Below are positions 18,244 through 26,528 of a stretch of 64,000 bases of DNA, one piece after another. Source of the DNA: Candidatus Abzuiibacterium crystallinum (GTDB taxonomy: Bacteria > Omnitrophota > Omnitrophia > Omnitrophales > Abzuiibacteriaceae); contig PCVY01000064.1 in NCBI GenBank assembly GCA_002787155.1, forward strand, positions 10,475-74,474, read 5' to 3'. Each line of letters begins with the position of its first letter. Positions within the stretch are counted from its first letter, which is position 1. Position numbers and translations under genes: made by a program. Below the pieces are notes generated by a model. The model was given only the letters and a program-made list of their open reading frames with translations. It did no database searches and was not told the DNA's origin.

Positions 18244-18852
18244 ATGTTTTCTGGTATTATTGAAAAAATTGGAAAAGTCCGTCAAGTGCGGAAAAAAAAT
18301 GGCAGGGCGCTTGTGGAAATCGAATTCTCGCCTTGGCGCAACCGCCTCAAAATAGGCGAAAGCATTGCTGTTGACGGTACTTGTCTGACGGTGATCAAAT
18401 CAGGCAAACGTTTTTTTCAAGCCGAAGTGGTTAAGGAAACATTGGCGTGCACTACTTTGGGGCAGCTTCAGCCGCGGGGGCGTGTTAATTTGGAAAGATC
18501 TTTGAAATTAAATGATCGTCTGGGAGGGCACCTTGTGAGCGGCCACATTGACGGCAAGGGCGTCATTGTGAAAAAACTGAGACACGGGCGGAATTTCACT
18601 TACCAAATCAAAGTTCCTCAGGCCATGCAGTCTTTTTTGATTCCGAAAGGCTCAATTGCCGTTGACGGGATTAGCCTGACTTTACAAAAAGTGTTGAAAA
18701 ATACGTTTGAAGTTGCCATCATACCTCATACGGCTTATGTCACTTGCTTAGGCAGAAAAGAGGTTGGCCATTCAGTTAATTTAGAAGCTGATCTAGTGGT
18801 GAAACAAATAGATCAGTACTTAAAACGTTCAAAGAATCGGTCGAAACATTAG
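18244..18852 (+). CDS. ribE: riboflavin synthase alpha subunit
   Basis: MFSGIIE..G. and the internal repeat GHLVSGHIDG are characteristic. The track start at 18208 overlaps ribD, so the ATG at 18244 is more likely. Confidence 0.85.
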   Translation: MFSGIIEKIGKVRQVRKKNGRALVEIEFSPWRNRLKIGESIAVDGTCLTVIKSGKRFFQAEVVKETLACTTLGQLQPRGRVNLERSLKLNDRLGGHLVSGHIDGKGVIVKKLRHGRNFTYQIKVPQAMQSFLIPKGSIAVDGISLTLQKVLKNTFEVAIIPHTAYVTCLGRKEVGHSVNLEADLVVKQIDQYLKRSKNRSKH

Positions 18853-18866
18853 AACAGCCATACTTT

Positions 18867-18971
18867 ACCCCGTACCACGGAAAGCGCCATTGTCGTGCGG
18901 AGAAAGTGGCGGGTAAATTTTTCTGATAGATTATTTCCTGAAGCTACGGCCGAGCAGCCGTGGTACGGGGT
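18867..18971 (+). promoter_or_regulatory. long perfect inverted repeat (14-bp arms ACCCCGTACCACGG / CCGTGGTACGGGGT enclosing 77 nt), a candidate structured leader or terminator-like element
   Basis: The arms lie at 18867-18880 and 18958-18971. The element starts 15 nt after the ribE stop and ends 18 nt before the next ATG. No U-tract follows it. Confidence 0.5.
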
Positions 18972-18989
18972 CACTAAAAGGAGACAGCA

Positions 18990-19352
18990 ATGAAAAAAGC
19001 AGGCGTGCTTGTGTTAGCGTTATTAATGATGGTACCGCCTTTGGTATTTGCCGAGTCATCAGAGGATGCCTCAGTGATGACTGGGAGTAAAAGCGGTGTT
19101 TGTTTTCAATGTCCAGCAGAAAAACTGGGTCGGGGGATGTCCAACATTGTTTATAGCACTTTGGAAACTCCTTATCGCATTGGCCGTGAGATGGAAGTTG
19201 CTAATCCGATTGCCGGTTTTACATCCGGTTTGGTGAAAGGCGTTTTCTGGACCGTTGGCCGCGCAGTTGTTGGCGTGATTGAAGTGGGTACTTTTCTCAT
19301 TCCGACCAGACCTTTGATGCATGAATTTGATGCTGGTTGGTGGACCGCTTAA
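18990..19352 (+). CDS. small secreted protein, possibly the exosortase-associated TIGR04073-like family
   Basis: It has a signal peptide (MKKAGVLVLALLMMVPPLVFA) and an RG..N...E.P plus G..E.GTFLIP pattern. There is a good RBS (AAAAGGAG). Confidence 0.5.
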   Translation: MKKAGVLVLALLMMVPPLVFAESSEDASVMTGSKSGVCFQCPAEKLGRGMSNIVYSTLETPYRIGREMEVANPIAGFTSGLVKGVFWTVGRAVVGVIEVGTFLIPTRPLMHEFDAGWWTA

Positions 19353-19360
19353 AATCAGTT

Positions 19361-19600
19361 ATCAGGGATCAGGGATTGGGGGACAGGTGTTAATGCTTAA
19401 TAATTCAGTTTCCTCTACAGGCAGTTTTTATCTTTAAAGTGTGTGAGAAAAGTTACCGAATGACTGAGTCAGTACAACAGGAACGATTAAGAAAAAGTTA
19501 AATTGAATACGCTAGTGCTGCAGTATTATTTTAAAGTCATTTTTTTTGTTAATGGTGATTATGCCGGCCTGATCCCTGATCCCTAATCCCTGTTCCCTGA
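19361..19600. repeat. inverted arrays of the heptamer CAGGGAT flanking a ~180-bp AT-rich spacer
   Basis: The left array, 19361-19385, reads atCAGGGATCAGGGATtggggga. The right array, 19571-19600, reads GATCCCTGATCCCTAATCCCTGTTCCCTGA, about 4 heptads in inverted orientation. The right array abuts the cobO ATG at 19600. Confidence 0.6.
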
Positions 19601-20172
19601 TGAAGTCTCCACAAACCAAACCCAACCGCGATCCCGAAGTCTTAAAAAAGAAAAAAGGTTTAATCCTGGTTTACACCGGAGACGGAAAAGGTAAAACCAC
19701 CGCTGCGCTGGGGGTTGCTTTTCGTGCGCTTGGCTGGGGAATGAAGGTAGCCATGATTCAATTTATCAAAGGGAATTGGAAATATGGCGAAATGAATTCG
19801 GCAAAGCAATTCGGGGGTCACTTTGAACTCATTCAAAAAGGTGAGGGGTTCACTTGGGATACGCAAAACCCTGAACGTGACAAGCAATTGGTGAATGAAG
19901 CATGGGCGCTCTGCCGCGAGAAAATGTTAAGCGGTCAATATCAAGTGCTCATTTTTGATGAAATCAATTATGTCATTGATTATGGTTATTTAGACGTGAA
20001 GGAAGTAATCAAAGGTTTACGCGAGAAGCCCGAGAGCGGCCATGTTATCCTGACGGGCCGCAATGCTAAGAAAGAATTAATCGACATGGCTGATCTCGTG
20101 ACCGAAATGGTTGAAACCAAGCATCCTTTTAAAGATCAGAAAATTCCCGCTCAGAAGGGTATTGATTTCTGA
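19600..20172 (+). CDS. cobO: cob(I)yrinic acid a,c-diamide (cobalamin) adenosyltransferase
   Basis: It carries the P-loop GDGKGKTTAALG typical of CobA/CobO/BtuR-type corrinoid adenosyltransferases. Confidence 0.85.
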   Translation: MKSPQTKPNRDPEVLKKKKGLILVYTGDGKGKTTAALGVAFRALGWGMKVAMIQFIKGNWKYGEMNSAKQFGGHFELIQKGEGFTWDTQNPERDKQLVNEAWALCREKMLSGQYQVLIFDEINYVIDYGYLDVKEVIKGLREKPESGHVILTGRNAKKELIDMADLVTEMVETKHPFKDQKIPAQKGIDF

Positions 20173-20190
20173 TGCTTAGCAGAACTCTTC

Positions 20191-20219
20191 TTGACAATTA
20201 ATTTTGAGGCGTGTAATAT
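20191..20219 (+). promoter_or_regulatory. sigma70-type promoter (TTGACA-17-TAATAT) driving the riboswitch and the TonB-dependent receptor
   Basis: A consensus -35 lies at 20191-20196, followed by a 17-nt spacer and a -10 at 20214-20219. Confidence 0.55.
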
Positions 20220-20267
20220 TTCACTCGCTCAGGATTTATTGAGTCTGAGTTGATCTTTTTAAAATTT

Positions 20268-20425
20268 CAATCCGTTGAGACAAGTGAGGGAAGTGCGGTG
20301 AAAAGCCGCCGCTCCCCCGGAACGGTAAGTGCAACGAAAGCGATGGAGTTCCACTGCTCGTGGTAACGCACGAACGGGAAGGAATCGTGACTAGGAAAAA
20401 GCACAAGCCCGGAGACCTCAGTCTT
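20268..20425 (+). promoter_or_regulatory. cobalamin (B12) riboswitch aptamer
   Basis: It matches the RF00174-type consensus blocks: GGGAAgtgcGGTGaAAagCC...GCtCCCCcGgAAcGGTaag, the B12 box CCACTG, ...GGGAAGGaa...GCCcGGAGACCTcag. It is followed by hairpins, including AAAATTGGCA/TGCCAATTTT at about 20441-20468, and sits upstream of the receptor RBS. Confidence 0.8.
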
Positions 20426-20564
20426 GACTAACCAGTGGTTCGGCTTGATTAAAATTGGCAACTGCCAATTTTAATCTTCGCTCACCAAGTGTTGAGCGAA
20501 CTTACAAAGTAAGTGAGTCGAAGCACCAGTCTCTCGTAAACTTTACGCGGGTAAAGGAGCAGAA

Positions 20565-22880
20565 ATGAAACGCATTTTCTCTTTCCACAGTATTTTTCTC
20601 ATTGCACTCTGTTGCTTTCTATCTCATTCAATTGTTTTTGCTGAATCTTCTACGCAAAATGATGCTTCAGAAACCGAAAGCACTTTAAAAGATAAACTTT
20701 CGGAAGCCAAAGATAAATTAACCGACGTTATCAAATATCCTTTTGAAGTCCTTAAAAAACCCATTGATGCTTTGAAATTACCAACTCTTGTTTACGGTAT
20801 CCTGCCGGTATCTGCTTCACGTTTACCTGGTCTCGTCAATCAAATTCAGGATTTTCCTAACAATATTACACTCAAAGATTCAGTTGAATTAGCTAGAACA
20901 AAACCTTCCACATTTCAAGAGGCTGTGCGTGATGTGGAGGGAGTGTTGACTTACGACCAAGTAGGGAATGGGTTAGATGAAACTTTTGGATTGCGAGGTT
21001 TCCCGGATGGCTCACTGATTTTCTTAGTCGACGGTGTCCGCGTAAATGAGATTGACGGAGGCGTTGTCAATTATCCTTTGGTCCGAATGGAAAACATTGA
21101 TGCCATTGAAATAGCACCTGGTTCTTCATCAGCAGTCTATGGTTCTGGTGCATTTGCGGGCGTGGTGAATGTCACAACACGCCAACCCAGTGAAAAACCG
21201 GTCACTTTCTTTGGCGGCGTCGAATGGACAAGTTTTCGCGGTATTCGTTTTCGTGATGGCCTGAGCGGCACTTTGGAAGATAAATGGTCGCCTTTGGGCG
21301 GTAAGCTTACTTATTATTTTAATGGGGCACGTGATCAAGCCAAAGGATTTCGTAACAACGGTGAATGGCGAATCACTTCTTTTGATTTGAAAACGGGTTA
21401 TGAATTGCCGGATGAAATAGGCGGAATCCGTTTTGGTTTAAAGTATGTGGATGATGCTACTTCGAATCCAGGCGCTCTCACTTTGGATGAATTTCGCCAA
21501 AATTGGCGTCAATCAATCACAGATTTGGATGGCCGCAAATTTAAGAATACAATTTTGCAATTGGATGCTAATCACAAATTTTGGGGTGAGCGTTTAAACG
21601 CGTCCATTCAAGCGTCTATTCGCCGTAATCGGATTGAGTTTATAACGACTTCAAGAACATTTACAGATTTTACGGATGGCTTTAATCCGGATACTGATTT
21701 GGTGAGCGTTAGAACACGTGAGAAAAATTTAATTGGTCAATTAAGTTATGATCACACATGGGGCTGGTTCCGTAACCAATCATTAATTGGGTTTGAATTA
21801 AACCGAGCCATGAATCACGATAAAGAACAAGATGCCTTTGGTGGTCATGTGGTTGAAACCACAGCGCTTGAAGATTTGAGAAGTTCAGAAGTGTCAAACG
21901 TAGGTCTTTTTTGGAATGAAAGACTTCATTTAAATGAATGGATTATTGGTCATTTTGGCATCCGGAATGATCATTATTGGTTGGCAATGGTCAATGGCCT
22001 CAATCATGCTAAGGATTTAAATCGTCATTGGCATAGCACCAATGTTTCCACCGGTTTAGTTTTGAAGCCCATCGAATCAATTGATTTATTCGGAAACTAT
22101 TCAGAAGCATTTCGCATCCCATCTCTTAGCGATTTCAAAACTTTTGGAGATGATTTGCCGCCTAATCTTAGACCTGAAAAATCTGATAACTTTGAATTGG
22201 GAACCAGGTTACGTTACCAAGATAAGGCATCTTTTAAGTTAAGCTATTTTGAAATTATTACACGAGATGAAATCTTGTTTGATAGTTCGGCCATCACAAA
22301 TTCTAATCCGTTTGGCCGTAATATCAATGCCGGCAAAACCAGACGCAACGGCATTGAGACCAGGCTTGATTTACATCCTATTGACGAAGTAAATTTCTAC
22401 GGTACTTATACTTATGCCCGAGCTAAAATACGAAAAACGGTTGACGATGCTGCTTCATCAGGCGCGCCATTCTTGAATCGGCCTTTGGGTCAAGTCCCGC
22501 AACATCGTTTTACAGTTGGTATGACTGCACGTCCATTCAAACGCCTAGGTCCTAAATTTGAAGGATTCCAGTTACACATGGATGGTGTGCTGGTGGGTAA
22601 GCAATTTATTCAATCATTTGAGAGTACGACGCAAAGTTTATTAAACGGTGCAGGATCAGGTACGATTAAACCTTATGCCGTTTGGAACTTAAAATTATCT
22701 TACGAATTTAAAAAGAAAGAGCTTTTCTTTAAAATTAACAATCTTTTCGACAAACGTTATTATTCGCGTGCCGTTGCAGCGACTTCATTTGGAACTCTTT
22801 TGAGTCCAGCCGGCGATTATTTATTTGTCAACCCTGCTGCACCGCGTGAATTTGTGCTAGGTTTTAATTATGAATTTTAA
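20565..22880 (+). CDS. TonB-dependent outer-membrane receptor (BtuB-like, under riboswitch control)
   Basis: It has a signal peptide, plug-domain motifs, a C-terminal beta-barrel ending with an aromatic residue (...GFNYEF) and a good RBS (AAAGGAG). Confidence 0.85.
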   Translation: MKRIFSFHSIFLIALCCFLSHSIVFAESSTQNDASETESTLKDKLSEAKDKLTDVIKYPFEVLKKPIDALKLPTLVYGILPVSASRLPGLVNQIQDFPNNITLKDSVELARTKPSTFQEAVRDVEGVLTYDQVGNGLDETFGLRGFPDGSLIFLVDGVRVNEIDGGVVNYPLVRMENIDAIEIAPGSSSAVYGSGAFAGVVNVTTRQPSEKPVTFFGGVEWTSFRGIRFRDGLSGTLEDKWSPLGGKLTYYFNGARDQAKGFRNNGEWRITSFDLKTGYELPDEIGGIRFGLKYVDDATSNPGALTLDEFRQNWRQSITDLDGRKFKNTILQLDANHKFWGERLNASIQASIRRNRIEFITTSRTFTDFTDGFNPDTDLVSVRTREKNLIGQLSYDHTWGWFRNQSLIGFELNRAMNHDKEQDAFGGHVVETTALEDLRSSEVSNVGLFWNERLHLNEWIIGHFGIRNDHYWLAMVNGLNHAKDLNRHWHSTNVSTGLVLKPIESIDLFGNYSEAFRIPSLSDFKTFGDDLPPNLRPEKSDNFELGTRLRYQDKASFKLSYFEIITRDEILFDSSAITNSNPFGRNINAGKTRRNGIETRLDLHPIDEVNFYGTYTYARAKIRKTVDDAASSGAPFLNRPLGQVPQHRFTVGMTARPFKRLGPKFEGFQLHMDGVLVGKQFIQSFESTTQSLLNGAGSGTIKPYAVWNLKLSYEFKKKELFFKINNLFDKRYYSRAVAATSFGTLLSPAGDYLFVNPAAPREFVLGFNYEF

Positions 22881-23286
22881 ACATTTATGTTTTATTAGTC
22901 TTTACTTGGCTTGGTTTGGCATTGGTTTCTTCTTGCCGAAACTAACCATGGCCATTGTCTTTGCTTCCGAAGGGCAAGCGGTGTCAAACACGTTTGTAGA
23001 AGCGGTTGTGATGTCCGATGAACAGCGCCGTTATTTTGATCCCTTACCGGTGTACCCAACCATATCACGGCGTACGGGTGAGGAAGGGCGCGTGGTGATT
23101 GAATTTACCATCTTACCCAATGGCAATACGGCTAATCAGTATATTGTTCAGTCTTCCGGTCACGACCATCTTGATCAGGCTGCCTTGGCGGCTAGTCAGA
23201 AATGGCATTTTGATCCGGTCCAAATTGATGGGCATGCGATATCATCTACACGGCGAATCCCTATAGAATTCAAGCTGAAAAATTGA
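22870..23286 (+). CDS. minimal TonB-family energy transducer (TM anchor + TonB C-terminal domain)
   Basis: The C-terminal domain pattern is YPTISRRTGEEGRVVIEFTILPNGNTANQYIVQSSGHDHLDQAALAASQKWHFDP, with an N-terminal TM helix. It overlaps the receptor gene by 11 nt. Confidence 0.7.
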   Translation: MNFKHLCFISLYLAWFGIGFFLPKLTMAIVFASEGQAVSNTFVEAVVMSDEQRRYFDPLPVYPTISRRTGEEGRVVIEFTILPNGNTANQYIVQSSGHDHLDQAALAASQKWHFDPVQIDGHAISSTRRIPIEFKLKN

Positions 23287-23333
23287 ACTTTTACCTCAAA
23301 GATTACCGCCTGGTCTATAAACCCCTTCTCAGC

Positions 23334-23362
23334 TTGACTTGCCCTTCCGTACAGTTTAAAAT
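23334..23362 (+). promoter_or_regulatory. sigma70-type promoter (TTGACT-17-TAAAAT)
   Basis: A -35 lies at 23334-23339 and a -10 at 23357-23362, about 35 nt upstream of the 23397 ORF. Confidence 0.45.
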
Positions 23363-23396
23363 GCATTTAGCAAATTCTTAATAGACGAGTACTTAA

Positions 23397-23738
23397 ATGG
23401 AAAATACCTCAAAACAGCAAACAGAACCATCAGCCGAGATCCAAGAAGGTAAATTCTTTGCCATTAGCGGCTATCTTTTCGTCCTGTGTTTTGTACCGCT
23501 TTTACTTAAGAAAGACAATAAGTTTGCCCAATTTCATGGAAGGCAAGGCCTTGTCCTGTTTATCTTTGAATTGGCGGCTGCGATTGTTAAATCCGTACCG
23601 GTCATCGGCGATGTTATTTTCTCTTTTGCTTACGTCATCTTTGGCATTGCTTCCTTGATCGGTATTGTCCGCGTGTTGATGAATGAATACTGGGAAATGC
23701 CCCTGGTTCACAACATCGCACGTAAAATAACATTATAA
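23397..23738 (+). CDS. small membrane protein (DUF4870-like)
   Basis: The ISGYLFVLCFVPLLLKKDNKFAQFHGRQGLVLFI pattern is typical of DUF4870 small membrane proteins. It has 2-3 TM helices. Confidence 0.5.
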   Translation: MENTSKQQTEPSAEIQEGKFFAISGYLFVLCFVPLLLKKDNKFAQFHGRQGLVLFIFELAAAIVKSVPVIGDVIFSFAYVIFGIASLIGIVRVLMNEYWEMPLVHNIARKITL

Positions 23739-23785
23739 TATTCCGTTTGATTTGCAAATATCTTGTTTGAAAGGAAGGACATGTC

Positions 23786-25303
23786 ATGCCTTTTGGAAAG
23801 AAAAAGCCGTCTGAATCAACCGCAGAATACACTCTCGTTTTAAATCCTGTTCGTAGCGAGTTATCAAAAAGCCGCATGATCGAACGTATTGCACAGGTGT
23901 TTCCGCTTGGTGTTGAAGAAGCCGCAGATTTGGTTGAAAACACACCGATCATTTTACTCGAGGGATTAGACAGAGAAACCGGCGATCAAGTCAGGCTTTA
24001 CTTTACGGAGACAGGTGCTGATTTGATTCTGACGGATGACAAAGCTTTCCAAAAACGCTGTTTCAGAGCCATTTGGCCGTCTCCGCCAACCTTTGATTTC
24101 TTGCAAACTTCATCCGTATCCGAAAGAAAAGATGTGCCAGCGGAGCAAACGGCGTCAGAGGAAGAGGATGTTGCCAAACTTTTTTCGCAAGCCTCATCTT
24201 TAAGCGAATCATCAAGCCAGGAAGATACTTATTTGCCGCCCGGCCCTCAAACGGTCAAAGAAGATGTTTCATTTTTTCAAACGGAATCTGCTCAAAACGA
24301 AGAAACGTGGGATCGCGACCAGCTTAAAAATATTGAACGTGAAACAGAAGATGCGCTTTTAGCCAAACGTGTAACAGATTTGACGCAGGAGAAAGAACGT
24401 TTACAAGAACTCCTCTTGGATTTGCAGAAGGAAAATGAGGAATTGCGTCATGAAAAAACCAAATTTGCGTCCGAACAGACCAATGAACGTGAAAATCAAG
24501 AGATCGAACGCCGGCATTTGGAAGCCCGTTTAAAATCGGAAGAAACTTCGCGCCAGGAAGAAAAAGAAACACGTGATGCGCAGTTATCGCAACTCAATTC
24601 GATTACCGAAAATCAAAAACTTGAATTGTCTCGCTTAGAAAAAAAATTGTGGGAAACAACCACATCGCTTGAATCGCGTCAAACCGAGATTGAACAATTA
24701 AGAGGAGAACTTCAAGCGGGACGCTCAGAAATGGACGTTATCAAGCAATCCCTTCGGGCAGCCGAGCAGCGAATTGCGAGCCAAGCAGCCATTGACGGGA
24801 ATCGCGTTAAAGAATTGGAGCAGAAAATCCACGAAAAAGAAGCCGAGCTAACCACTTGGCGCCAAAAAACAGAAAATTGGTCCAAAGCACATGCTTCTTT
24901 AAATCAGGATTTACAAATGCTCAGGCAAAAATATATTGGCGAAATTGAACAATTGACCAGTCGGCAAAAGGAATTACAAATGCAATTGGAAGTGGCTCAA
25001 CGTCAAATTCGGGAATTTAACAGTATTGCCGAACAGCAGGAAATGGTCAACCGGAAAAACCAGATTGCGGCACAACTCATTCAAAAAGAAAATCGTTTGA
25101 AAGAGTTGAAACAGCAGGAAGAAATGATTAAGCATGAAGTCACGGAACGGCAGGAAATCATGCAAACTTCCCGGGAAGAACAACAAACACTTGAGGAAGA
25201 AATTATCAAAGACCGCCAAGCGCAAAAGTTTCTTCTCGAACAACTCAAACTGAAAGACAAAAGCCGCACTGCTCCGGGTGAACGATTTCAGGTTAAGAAA
25301 TAG
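23786..25303 (+). CDS. coiled-coil protein with an N-terminal ribosomal L7/L12 C-terminal-domain-like module
   Basis: The N-terminus aligns with the L7/L12 CTD (EYTLVLNPVRSELSKSRMIERIAQVFPLGVEEAADLVENTPIILLEGLDRETGDQVRLYFTETGADLIL vs [67 protein letters not shown]). It is followed by an acidic linker and ~300 aa of heptad-rich E/Q/K/R coiled coil. Confidence 0.6.
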   Translation: MPFGKKKPSESTAEYTLVLNPVRSELSKSRMIERIAQVFPLGVEEAADLVENTPIILLEGLDRETGDQVRLYFTETGADLILTDDKAFQKRCFRAIWPSPPTFDFLQTSSVSERKDVPAEQTASEEEDVAKLFSQASSLSESSSQEDTYLPPGPQTVKEDVSFFQTESAQNEETWDRDQLKNIERETEDALLAKRVTDLTQEKERLQELLLDLQKENEELRHEKTKFASEQTNERENQEIERRHLEARLKSEETSRQEEKETRDAQLSQLNSITENQKLELSRLEKKLWETTTSLESRQTEIEQLRGELQAGRSEMDVIKQSLRAAEQRIASQAAIDGNRVKELEQKIHEKEAELTTWRQKTENWSKAHASLNQDLQMLRQKYIGEIEQLTSRQKELQMQLEVAQRQIREFNSIAEQQEMVNRKNQIAAQLIQKENRLKELKQQEEMIKHEVTERQEIMQTSREEQQTLEEEIIKDRQAQKFLLEQLKLKDKSRTAPGERFQVKK

Positions 25304-25309
25304 TTATCC

Positions 25310-25732
25310 ATGCCAGACGAACAACCCATCGAACTTGTTTTAAGTAAAATCAAGATCGACGAAAACCGCAGCGAACAAATTATCATTTTAAAAGAGAAAA
25401 ACGGTTCCCGCTATTTACCGGTCGTGATTGGCATTGCAGAAGTCAATGCCATCAAACTCAAACTAAGCGGCATTGAACCGCCTCGCCCGATGACCCACGA
25501 TCTCTTATTGCGCGTCATTGAATCGATGGGGGGTGCGCTGGAGGGGATTCTCATTAATCGATTAGAAAATAGCACGTTTTACGCCAAGCTGCTTGTCACG
25601 CGTAACGGAAGCGGTGAAGCCATCGAGATTGATGCTCGACCTTCTGATAGTATTGCACTCGCGTTAAGGGCCAATGCCCGTATCGAAGCCAATCCTAGCG
25701 TTTTGGATCAAGCGGGGGTTGATGGTTTGTAG
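25310..25732 (+). CDS. bifunctional nuclease (BFN/DUF151) domain protein
   Basis: RPMTHDLL...IDARPSDSIALALRANARI matches the PF02577 core. Confidence 0.7.
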   Translation: MPDEQPIELVLSKIKIDENRSEQIIILKEKNGSRYLPVVIGIAEVNAIKLKLSGIEPPRPMTHDLLLRVIESMGGALEGILINRLENSTFYAKLLVTRNGSGEAIEIDARPSDSIALALRANARIEANPSVLDQAGVDGL

Positions 25733-25743
25733 GCAGACGGTTT

Positions 25744-26463
25744 TTAAATCCTTAAATTCCAACCATGGTTTGAATATTTTTCTCTCACCAATCGTTCGAC
25801 TTCTTTAAGCGGTATTTTTGATAAAGGCGCATACGCGCCCCAATTTAATTGAAGAGCATTTTTGATAGCTTGCACATTCAAAGAAACATTGGTCAGAAAA
25901 TCTTGATGCGAACGTTGATGGCGGTACTCCGGTTGGCGTTTTGGATTTTGTAAATATTTTGAAATCTTTGCAATATCAAAGTTGATTAAAAAAGAACCAT
26001 GAAACAAAGCGGCATAACGGCCGCGCCGTTGTGCATTGCCGGAGAACTTCAGGTGATTGATGGCGAGGTCGGTAATGCCTTCCACAGTTACCTCTTGAGA
26101 CAGGAGGGAGCGGAAGACAGCTTGATGCTGTTGCATGATCCAGTGATTGGTTTGGGTGATGTTACGCGAATCAGGGCCCGTTGACAGGGCAGTGATTAAT
26201 GAAAAATTTAAACAGCCGGGTCCCTGCAAAACGGTACCGCCGCCGCTCATGCGGCGCAAAATCGAAATGCGGTCTTGCGCGCAGGCGTCCAAAATAACAT
26301 CAGCAGTGTGATGGCAGCCGTAGCCTAAAACGACAAAATATTGTTCGGGCTGCCAAAACCGGAGAATTTCTTTAGGCGTTTCTTGGTCACACCCGTTGAG
26401 CAGAGCCTCATCGAGGGCAAGATTTTCTTCGGGAGACGGTAAAGTTAGATCGATAAATTCCAT
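25744..26463 (-). CDS. lipoate-protein ligase / octanoyltransferase family protein (BPL_LplA_LipB)
   Basis: RRMSGGGTVLQGPGCL matches the LplA/LipB-type adenylate/octanoyl-binding motif. It is the only - strand gene and is divergent from the PDH genes. Confidence 0.65.
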   Translation of the reverse strand: MEFIDLTLPSPEENLALDEALLNGCDQETPKEILRFWQPEQYFVVLGYGCHHTADVILDACAQDRISILRRMSGGGTVLQGPGCLNFSLITALSTGPDSRNITQTNHWIMQQHQAVFRSLLSQEVTVEGITDLAINHLKFSGNAQRRGRYAALFHGSFLINFDIAKISKYLQNPKRQPEYRHQRSHQDFLTNVSLNVQAIKNALQLNWGAYAPLSKIPLKEVERLVREKYSNHGWNLRI

Positions 26464-26528
26464 ATTTCGATTTTATGCAAATTAGTGTATATTATAGGCT
26501 CATTTGGCTGGATTAAAACTGGAAAACC

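Noticed and set aside
19385-19570. The AT-rich 180-bp spacer between the heptamer arrays as a tRNA or small RNA gene
   Set aside because: There is no tRNA-like cloverleaf, no conserved promoter or terminator pair, and only low-complexity AT-rich sequence. Left as a spacer or regulatory region.
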